Shown here: positions 56,957 through 64,000 of the stretch, in pieces
Numbering within the stretch: the stretch's first letter is position 1
Layout of the letters: each line of letters starts with the position of its first letter
IMG/VR virus record: IMGVR_UViG_3300042289_000700
Strand: one strand, 5' to 3'
DNA from: an uncultured virus (IMG/VR IMGVR_UViG_3300042289_000700)
Lineage: Duplodnaviria; Heunggongvirae; Uroviricota; Caudoviricetes
Length of the DNA: 64,000 nucleotides
Translations under genes and position numbers: made by a program
The notes under the pieces: generated by a model
Database searches by the model: none
Seen by the model: the letters and a program-made list of their open reading frames with translations, nothing else
Told to the model about the DNA's origin: nothing

Positions 56957-56998
56957 GAACTATCACACATGAAAACGAGGGACAACATATACCCTCAG
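56914..56998 (-). ncRNA. Candidate small RNA
   Basis: Promoter TTGCAA-16-TAGGTT (57032-57005); 5' hairpin; unpaired GUUUUCAUGUGUGAUAG; terminator 56956-56914. Confidence 0.55.
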
Positions 56999-57045
56999 AC
57001 CCCGAACCTACCACAATCGTTCAATCTTGCAAGGGGAAAATGACC

Positions 57046-57074
57046 TTGCTAGGATAGGTCTTTTAGAGTAGGTT
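57046..57074 (+). promoter_or_regulatory. Promoter TTGCTA-17-TAGGTT, leaderless to ATG 57082
   Basis: Read directly. Confidence 0.6.
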
Positions 57075-57081
57075 CTCCGAA

Positions 57082-60000
57082 ATGGCAGAGCAACCACCCC
57101 TCTCTAGAATTCATGTCGTTGGCTATTCGGCCAATGACCGCGATTTTCCGATCCTTAATCTGGTTTTAGATCCGCGTGTTGCGGGCTATCAGGTTCCCAA
57201 GGATCTTTCGGCCTGTCCCGATAAACGCTATCCCAACCATGTATTTACGGGAGCCCAGCCGATCTCTGGGGATCAACGTGTCCGCCATGTCTGGGAGATT
57301 CTCCCCTCTCCTTATGTCCCCTTTACCCGCTATGATGATGACCTCGGTCCTGTTCAGGGGCGGAGGCGGTCTGTTAAAAATGAGGGGCAAGTCGCAAGTC
57401 TAGCTGCTGATAAAAGAGTAACCTACGAAGCCCGAGAAGGATCGGCTATTGTCTATACCGAACTGGAGGAGTCTTGGTCGGTTGCCACTGACGAGGATGG
57501 TAATTCCCTTTTTCCTTTTAAGGATCGGGATTTTTATGATGCCTCACGCGGCCCCGTCCAAGAACGCCGCCAACTTTTTGTCCCCACAGGAGAGGAGGTT
57601 GGCTCTTTGGAGAACATCAACGGAGTCATCACCCAGACCAGCTACGAGCCCTACAACGAATTTCTTTCGGTCAAGATTGTCCAGACCTACAAGGTGGACG
57701 GCCCACAACTGATTGGTAAGGCCACGGACAATGACGGCCAGCTAGTCACGGTTACCACCCAGCGCAAGGGGGCCAATGGATATATCCCTCCGAATCCAAC
57801 CGCAACCAGAACGGTTGAGGTTAACCGCGAGGACGCCGAAGCCCTAATCGAACGGACTGTCGATACCCCCGAAGTTTTTAAAGCCAACACGTTTTCTGTT
57901 GAACGCCCCGACCCCATTCCCCAGAAGTTCCGCGTAGCAGTCCCAATCCAGTCCTCACAAGAGATTGTTGAAGGAATCGCCGTTACGCCAACCCTTGAAG
58001 AGGGGGAGATCTCTAAGAGCGAAGAACAGCGTAATAAGTTTATCAAGCGGGTGTCTTCTACTTCGCGGGATCAAGCCGTTCTACCTCAAACACTTACTGG
58101 CAAAGCGACCAACAACGAAAGACAGGAGGTTACAGTTACTGAGACCTTGCAGTTCGGCAACACCGACGAAGGCCCAACCGCAACAAAGACAATAGAGTCT
58201 GAGGCATTGGGTGATGGAAACTATGTCATTACAAAGACAGAGGTTCCCGAAGTTTTTGGAGCCGAAACCTATCGCAAGATCCGCGAAGACATTACTCCGC
58301 AAAAATTCAAAGCCGCCCAAGAGGACCTTACCACCGAACAGAATGTTGCTGGTATTGCCGATTCAAACATTAGCCTAGCAACTGGAGAGTTCGCCAAGAG
58401 CGAACAACAGGTAAACAAATTTGTAAAACGGGTATCGACAACATCGCGAGCCATTAGTGAGGCTGTTGTTTTGGTTGAACGAGTCTTGACCAACGAGGGG
58501 CAGATAGGCACCAGAACCCTGCGACTGCAAGTGGGAGACCAGACCTTTACCCCATCGGCAACCTTGGTGGATGCCAATGTTGAGGCTTTGGGAGACGGGC
58601 GCACAGTCAAGACGGAAGTTGTAGTGCCAAATGTGTTCACTGGGAAATCTGTAGTCAAAACCAAGGTTGACCTTACCCCTGAAAAATTCCGAGCCGCGCA
58701 GCAAGACACCACCACGGAAGAGAGCATAGAGGGGGCCGTCAATCCCGCCATCAACTTGGGAACTGGAGAATTCCGAAAATCCGAGCAGCAAGTTACAGAA
58801 TTTGTTAAAAGAATTTCATCCACCACTAGGGACATCAGTGCTTCGACGGACCTAACTGAAACAGTTATCACCAATCAAGGACAGGTGGCTACCCGCACGC
58901 TCCGTCTTTCGGCCACACCGCAAGTCATTATTCCTGACGCACTTTTGGTGGACGGATCTATCGAAGCTTTGGGTGATGGCAGGACGATCAAAACTGAAGT
59001 AAGGGTTCCAGAGATTTTTGATGAAAAATCAAATACTATTGAAGCTGTCATTACTGTCCCCGAAAGGTTTTTGGTTAACAGCCCGATTAGCAGTCAGGCA
59101 ATAGTTGAAGCTGGAGACAATACTTCAGTCGAGCTTTCTGGCGGATTTATATCCCAACAGAAACAAAGGATTTCAGACTTTAAGATACGGACAATTAATA
59201 GGTCGCAAAATATTGATCCTTCGGAAATTTTAAGAGGCGCTGATTACGACGACACCCTTGATGCTCAAATTCCTTTTGAAGAATATATATCTGGTACAGT
59301 TCCTAGTGGTAAATGCGAAGTTGATCCAATCGGTGGAGGTCGTCATCTTGTTAAAGAGTATGACACTATTGGACTTGAACAAAAATTAGATGCAATCAAA
59401 TACGTTTTCCCGTCTCGCTCAACAATCACGGGCGTCCCCCCAGTGTTGCGTAATTTCAAGGTTGAATGGGAAAAGACGGAAATAGACTCTGATTCTTCGT
59501 CTAGTTCATCTGGAGTTGGTGATGGACAAACTGGATCTGTTTCTGGATCTTCCAATTCAAGCTCTACGGCAACGGGATCTGTTACTCCGATATTTGTTAT
59601 TGATTTGGAAGAGGTAAATACTTCAAATATTCCGACAACATCTTATTTCTTTTTCTTAAAATATCCAGTCACAACAGCTAATATTATAAGTAAAATTGGA
59701 GGATCTGTTCAACTTTGGCCCATTTTTAAACCCAAATCGCACATCATAACCGCAACTGGACAAAAACTTAAGGTTGATCTTGGTAGAAATATTTCATTCA
59801 ATTCAAACTGGGGTGAAAACTCTTCTTCAAATTCAATATCTCTTGGTCAAACAAGGGGGATTGAAACAACAGATCAGATTTTTACAGTAAGAATTCCTCC
59901 GTGTCTTCATGGTTCATTTTCGGATATTAACAAAGAAGAAAAACAAGAAGTTAAAGCTTCTGTTAGCGCGACAGTAAATATTAGGGGAAACGTAACCGAG

Positions 60001-60183
60001 GTTCCAACTATTTCATTTGATGAAGATGCCGTTGGAAAAGTGAATTACAATCTTGGAACAACTACGCCGACAAACATTCCAAGAACTGGAATATATCTTA
60101 TTGATTATCGTGTGGAGCCCTATAAATTCGGCTATGCAAAAGTATTTGCAGAAACAGTAGATGCATCAATATTTCAATCTTAA
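57082..60183 (+). CDS. Large structural-type protein with 127-aa tandem repeats
   Basis: EALGDG codons at 58201, 58582 and 58963 (381-bp period). Confidence 0.7.
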   Translation: MAEQPPLSRIHVVGYSANDRDFPILNLVLDPRVAGYQVPKDLSACPDKRYPNHVFTGAQPISGDQRVRHVWEILPSPYVPFTRYDDDLGPVQGRRRSVKNEGQVASLAADKRVTYEAREGSAIVYTELEESWSVATDEDGNSLFPFKDRDFYDASRGPVQERRQLFVPTGEEVGSLENINGVITQTSYEPYNEFLSVKIVQTYKVDGPQLIGKATDNDGQLVTVTTQRKGANGYIPPNPTATRTVEVNREDAEALIERTVDTPEVFKANTFSVERPDPIPQKFRVAVPIQSSQEIVEGIAVTPTLEEGEISKSEEQRNKFIKRVSSTSRDQAVLPQTLTGKATNNERQEVTVTETLQFGNTDEGPTATKTIESEALGDGNYVITKTEVPEVFGAETYRKIREDITPQKFKAAQEDLTTEQNVAGIADSNISLATGEFAKSEQQVNKFVKRVSTTSRAISEAVVLVERVLTNEGQIGTRTLRLQVGDQTFTPSATLVDANVEALGDGRTVKTEVVVPNVFTGKSVVKTKVDLTPEKFRAAQQDTTTEESIEGAVNPAINLGTGEFRKSEQQVTEFVKRISSTTRDISASTDLTETVITNQGQVATRTLRLSATPQVIIPDALLVDGSIEALGDGRTIKTEVRVPEIFDEKSNTIEAVITVPERFLVNSPISSQAIVEAGDNTSVELSGGFISQQKQRISDFKIRTINRSQNIDPSEILRGADYDDTLDAQIPFEEYISGTVPSGKCEVDPIGGGRHLVKEYDTIGLEQKLDAIKYVFPSRSTITGVPPVLRNFKVEWEKTEIDSDSSSSSSGVGDGQTGSVSGSSNSSSTATGSVTPIFVIDLEEVNTSNIPTTSYFFFLKYPVTTANIISKIGGSVQLWPIFKPKSHIITATGQKLKVDLGRNISFNSNWGENSSSNSISLGQTRGIETTDQIFTVRIPPCLHGSFSDINKEEKQEVKASVSATVNIRGNVTEVPTISFDEDAVGKVNYNLGTTTPTNIPRTGIYLIDYRVEPYKFGYAKVFAETVDASIFQS

Positions 60184-60185
60184 TT

Positions 60186-60611
60186 ATGGCGTCACAATTA
60201 AATGATCCAAATTTTGGCTCACAAAGAAGCCCTGATCCGTATGGACAAACTAAAGAAACTATTGGTTCGGGAGCGGCGCGAAGGTTGGAGTCTCAAATAA
60301 AAAGAGACCAAAAAAGAGGAAGGCTTTCGGAAAGAACAAAATCGGCCATTGCCGCTCAAGCCCTTGAAGAATTTGCTCAATCTATCGCCCAACAAAAAAT
60401 AAGCCAAGTTCAACAATCACTGGAAAATGATTCAAAAGCAAAATCTAATCAGCCAGAAATTTCAGTAGAAACAACTGTCAGCCAAGAAGCAACCCCAAGC
60501 TCGTCAAAAATTGCGCCGTCAGTCCCGCAAGACCTTCCCTCATTTATGATCGATGTATGCAATAACGGGGTGGTGGCAAGATACAGGGTTTACGGCGGAA
60601 GAGATTTGTAA
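60186..60611 (+). CDS. Hypothetical protein
   Basis: Coupled ORF. Confidence 0.65.
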   Translation: MASQLNDPNFGSQRSPDPYGQTKETIGSGAARRLESQIKRDQKRGRLSERTKSAIAAQALEEFAQSIAQQKISQVQQSLENDSKAKSNQPEISVETTVSQEATPSSSKIAPSVPQDLPSFMIDVCNNGVVARYRVYGGRDL

Positions 60612-60613
60612 CA

Positions 60614-61453
60614 ATGGCCGAAGCAAGAAATCTTGGACTTTTCCCATTTTGTGTTCCGCTTGGCCCGCCAATGGTTGATTTTGGGGATGGGCCAGTTGTT
60701 CTTCCTGTTGGTCAGGGAACATTTTATCCAATACTCATGCCAATTGAGGATGCGATAAAAATGTGGTGGAGGGTAAAAGATTGGCAGTTTTCATTTGATT
60801 ATTATTATTATGAAGAAATTGATGATGGCGGAAGCGGAAGCTATGCGGAAGTTTTACAAACATCACTATCAACAAGAATTTCACAAATTGCTGGAACATC
60901 AACTCCAGCAACAAGGATGGCCATTCAAGGGGAAAACTATCTCGTCTGTGAGACTGACCCGCTTTATGCTGGAATAACAACATCAGATTGGCAGCCCCAA
61001 GTAACACAAAATTTTGTTATAACAGACGATCCAGAAACCCCATTTGACGAAACAAATTCTGGATCATTTTCAAGAATCGCCACAACAATGGGATGGAATC
61101 AGGGGCCATTTCAAACTGGGGAGGCCCCCCCGCTGTTTGTTTATTCTGATGACACATTTAAAAATGTGTGGATGAGCAACGACATTCGTGTTGGTGCGGC
61201 CTCAAGCTCTAAAACAAATGGAGAATTTGTTACAAATGTTCAATTAATATTACAAGACAGTATATATACTATACCAATTTATCAATTTATATTTGATCCA
61301 GAAATACCACAATCTCCTTGGCTTGGAGAAGTGACCAATATAACCATACAACCAGCAGAATGGTGGCCATATGATCCTCTGGATGGCGGCGGACCAATTT
61401 ATGATAGTGCAACTGGCGCTGTGCTTCGCCCAGACTATGTTGGACTATCCTAA
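60614..61453 (+). CDS. Hypothetical structural-type protein
   Basis: GLFPFC...WWRVKDW start; WWPYDP.DGGGPIYDSATG end. Confidence 0.65.
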   Translation: MAEARNLGLFPFCVPLGPPMVDFGDGPVVLPVGQGTFYPILMPIEDAIKMWWRVKDWQFSFDYYYYEEIDDGGSGSYAEVLQTSLSTRISQIAGTSTPATRMAIQGENYLVCETDPLYAGITTSDWQPQVTQNFVITDDPETPFDETNSGSFSRIATTMGWNQGPFQTGEAPPLFVYSDDTFKNVWMSNDIRVGAASSSKTNGEFVTNVQLILQDSIYTIPIYQFIFDPEIPQSPWLGEVTNITIQPAEWWPYDPLDGGGPIYDSATGAVLRPDYVGLS

Positions 61454-61749
61454 CAGCACTTCGGCCTGACAAAGTTGATTGTTCTAACACATCCACTACT
61501 GCACTTAACTTTGGCTTTTTGTAGTTCCATTTTTATTCCGCGATTGCCAAGGGCATTGATGTAGTTTTCGGCGTATCCGCTTTCTTCAGCGGCCTGCTTA
61601 ACCGTTTTCCATCCTTTAGCGTTCATGGCCTCAATTGTGGTTGTTCCGTTGCTTTCACGAAACGACCGCCAAACGCTATCCCACTCTGGGACTACAATTT
61701 GAGCATTGGGGCTTTTTGTTCTGCTAGTTTTGCTATGATGGGTTGCCAT
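61450..61749 (-). CDS. Small HTH-like protein
   Basis: WKTVKQAAEESG; likely start 61749. Confidence 0.5.
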   Translation of the reverse strand: MATHHSKTSRTKSPNAQIVVPEWDSVWRSFRESNGTTTIEAMNAKGWKTVKQAAEESGYAENYINALGNRGIKMELQKAKVKCSSGCVRTINFVRPKCC

Positions 61750-62477
61750 GTGTAGGTTCCTTTGTTGACGGTAAAGATGACGAATCCAAAGTCCACTAAT
61801 CCCGTGCATCGGCGGGCTCCGTAGCGGCTCCCGAATCCCTGAAGGGCTGGGGTGGTCATGGCCAGCCAGTCGGGGCCTCCCGCATAGTTGTGGTAGTGGA
61901 CATGGCTTCGGATGAAGATGTCGGCCTTGGGCTGTAGCTCCCTTTCGGCCCACATGATGTTCCACATGCGATCTCTGGCCACCGCTGTATGCCGCCCATG
62001 GGGGAGGTTGCTTGATCCTGCTGGGTGGTGTTTGAGGTCGAAAATAACGTCTTCAACGTTGACCCATTCATGCTCTCCAATTCGGGCATCCACCCGCTGG
62101 GCCACGTTGTTTTCCCAATCCTCCTCATTTCCCGTATGGTAGGGAGTGCCTCTTGTGATAACAATCTTGCAATTCTTTGCTTTCGGGATTTCGCGGATAA
62201 GCTTAACGGCCATATCACACTGCTCCTCCATGTCGGTGGTTATAAGCTCCGTGCCGCCGCTTTTGGCACCTCGCCCGTCCACCAGATCTCCGTTGAGGAA
62301 AATGATGTCGTAGGGGCCATTACGCGCAATCTGGAGGGCATACCAGTTGTAGTAGGCTCTGTTAGCCGTCACCCATTCAGCCCGCTCTTTGACGGGTTGT
62401 TCTGGGAGGTAGCCCTTGGGGGTTAGGCCAACTTTGTGGCCGCAGTGGAAGTCCGAAAGGACCGCTATTTTTTTCAT
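61692..62477 (-). CDS. Calcineurin-like metallophosphoesterase
   Basis: SDFHCG, NGDLVDG, GTPYH, RSHVH. Confidence 0.8.
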   Translation of the reverse strand: MKKIAVLSDFHCGHKVGLTPKGYLPEQPVKERAEWVTANRAYYNWYALQIARNGPYDIIFLNGDLVDGRGAKSGGTELITTDMEEQCDMAVKLIREIPKAKNCKIVITRGTPYHTGNEEDWENNVAQRVDARIGEHEWVNVEDVIFDLKHHPAGSSNLPHGRHTAVARDRMWNIMWAERELQPKADIFIRSHVHYHNYAGGPDWLAMTTPALQGFGSRYGARRCTGLVDFGFVIFTVNKGTYTWQPIIAKLAEQKAPMLKL

Positions 62478-62481
62478 AAGA

Positions 62482-62703
62482 TTAGCTAAAATTTACATTT
62501 CGCTCGTTGACCATCTCCCACAGAAGCTGTCGAATTTCTTCAACAGTAGTGCTGTCCCAATTGGGATGAGAATCATAGCGGAGATGATTGCGAAGCTCAT
62601 CGCTAAGATCGGTAATGATGCTATGAAGATCGACTGCCTTACAAGCCATCTCAAACTCGACTTGTTCTTCTGGCAGGTTGAAGGATAGTGTGCCATTGGC
62701 CAT
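62482..62703 (-). CDS. Phage hypothetical protein
   Basis: LSFNLPEE..EF..A. Confidence 0.65.
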   Translation of the reverse strand: MANGTLSFNLPEEQVEFEMACKAVDLHSIITDLSDELRNHLRYDSHPNWDSTTVEEIRQLLWEMVNERNVNFS

Positions 62704-62742
62704 TGGGTGTGGTTTTGGTTGTGTTTATGGTTTCGGGATTGC

Positions 62743-63006
62743 TTACAGGTCTTTGAGAACTTTCTTCAAGTCTCCGTCATCTAAGTCGTCGTCATCGTCT
62801 TCGTCCTCGTCTTGCCCATAGAGGATGTCATGGATGTTCGATACAATACCTTCAATAGCATAATCATTGCCAAATTTGAGAAAGGCGTTCTTGGTTTCGG
62901 TGCCATCTTGAAATGTAGCCACCACAAAGCCAGAGTCAAAATATTCAACAAGTTCTGAGCAAAGCTTGTCCAGCACCTCTTGTAGCCGTTTGTCATGGAC
63001 GGCCAT
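62743..63006 (-). CDS. Acidic hypothetical protein
   Basis: LVEYFDS...GNDYA; poly-Asp tail. Confidence 0.7.
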   Translation of the reverse strand: MAVHDKRLQEVLDKLCSELVEYFDSGFVVATFQDGTETKNAFLKFGNDYAIEGIVSNIHDILYGQDEDEDDDDDLDDGDLKKVLKDL

Positions 63007-63007
63007 T

Positions 63008-63154
63008 TTAGTCTTGGGTTTCTCCGCAGGTTTTGCATCTGAGGATATGGACTACCCCATGATCAATCCGTTCAATCTTTTCCGATCCACAGTAGAAACA
63101 GGTCTTGGATTGCGGCTTGCGGTAAACCTTTTTCTTCTTTTTTTCTTCGCTCAT
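63008..63154 (-). CDS. Small Zn-ribbon protein
   Basis: CFYCG...CKTCG. Confidence 0.5.
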   Translation of the reverse strand: MSEEKKKKKVYRKPQSKTCFYCGSEKIERIDHGVVHILRCKTCGETQD

Positions 63155-63831
63155 TTTTTGACTGTTGATGGGTTGATTCGCACAAAGTTGCGTACTAGCG
63201 AGGCAGACCGTGTTTTGAGCCACACCCCGTCCCCAGACTTGCTGTCCCGCGTCCCCCTGCCGTTTGTGTTGCCCTCGACACATTGGAACCTTCCGTTGGG
63301 AAGGACCTTGGTCACAATCCCGATATGGGAGAAGTCAAAAATAACAAAGTCCCCAACATGGGGCTTGGCCTTGTTAGAAAGAACCTTGGCCGTAGCTGGT
63401 CTTTCTTTAGCCCAAGAGATATAGCCAAACGCCGCCGCTGTCCTCGGTCTCCACTTCTCAGGGATCATTACCTTGAGCCCCAACCACTCAACATTTTCGG
63501 GGTCTTTGAGCCACTCGCGAACTACCCATGAAGTCAGGGCGGCACACCATGGCCAAGAAGCGGGCTTGAGGTTGGTGGCGGCTTGATACTTCCGCACCTG
63601 TGGACCGTTGTTGTTGCCCCCCACTTCTTTGACTCCCACTTGGGACAGGGCAATCTTGGCTAGGTTCTCAAGAGCCTTGGGAGTCTTCTGTTTCGGGGTT
63701 TCCCTCTTCTTTTCGACGGGCAACTCTGGCTTTGAGTTCTCCTTGGATTCGGATGGCAAGCTCGGCAAGGACGGCGCTTGGCCACCTTCTGATTCTATCC
63801 CAAGTAGTTTCTGGATTAACTGCCAAATCAT
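63151..63831 (-). CDS. Endolysin, CHAP-domain amidase/peptidase
   Basis: GVKE..NNG, PWCAA, SHIGIV, EGNT. Confidence 0.85.
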   Translation of the reverse strand: MIWQLIQKLLGIESEGGQAPSLPSLPSESKENSKPELPVEKKRETPKQKTPKALENLAKIALSQVGVKEVGGNNNGPQVRKYQAATNLKPASWPWCAALTSWVVREWLKDPENVEWLGLKVMIPEKWRPRTAAAFGYISWAKERPATAKVLSNKAKPHVGDFVIFDFSHIGIVTKVLPNGRFQCVEGNTNGRGTRDSKSGDGVWLKTRSASLVRNFVRINPSTVKK

Positions 63832-64000
63832 CTGGGTTACTGCTCACCCATCAATTATAACAACGGCAAACTCGTTTGCCAATATCCCAATTCCTAGAAA
63901 TCCGCTCCACCTCGGACTCCAACGGAGACGCCTGTTTTTCCATCATGGCCCCGCTTGGTGATTTTTGCGGTGAAGCGGAGGGAACCGAATAAACGGACAA

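Noticed and set aside
1..64000. Stop-codon reassignment
   Set aside because: Long genes are intact and tile densely under the standard bacterial code; TAA, TAG and TGA all end genes
63894..64000. 3' end of a lysis-region gene (holin or spanin)
   Set aside because: Only ~35 codons visible; product cannot be assigned

Overview
This window is a 64-kb piece of a tailed dsDNA phage genome. It is probably podovirus-like, and I see no integrase, CRISPR array, rRNA, complete tRNA or reverse transcriptase. Layout: partial portal-like gene (1-499); a ~9-kb fibre/adaptor cassette (544-9701); large terminase with a divergent HTH gene; DnaB; a recombination scar with a diverged ~450-bp duplication (16302-18286); structured non-coding RNA elements (19065-19713); replication and nucleotide genes; a likely genome-end region (~27.2-28.7 kb); a T7-style run of small early genes; a six-gene glycan-modification operon; a 3643-aa polyvalent protein; virion and nuclease genes; an inverted three-gene structural unit; and a CHAP-type endolysin. 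The most interesting signals are: (1) a candidate ~85-nt sRNA antisense to the AUGAAAAC start shared by many early genes; (2) a P4 CI / P1 c4-like antisense switch upstream of the replication gene; (3) fibre-like proteins carrying Sec-type signal peptides alongside a glycan-modification operon; (4) repeated RNase III-like hairpins between early genes; (5) a lone perfect-SD small ORF with its own terminator. All family assignments come from motif recognition by eye; no database search or folding program was run. The host is unknown. The TN-rich secreted-type proteins and near-absence of SD sequences loosely suggest Verrucomicrobiota or Bacteroidota (inference).
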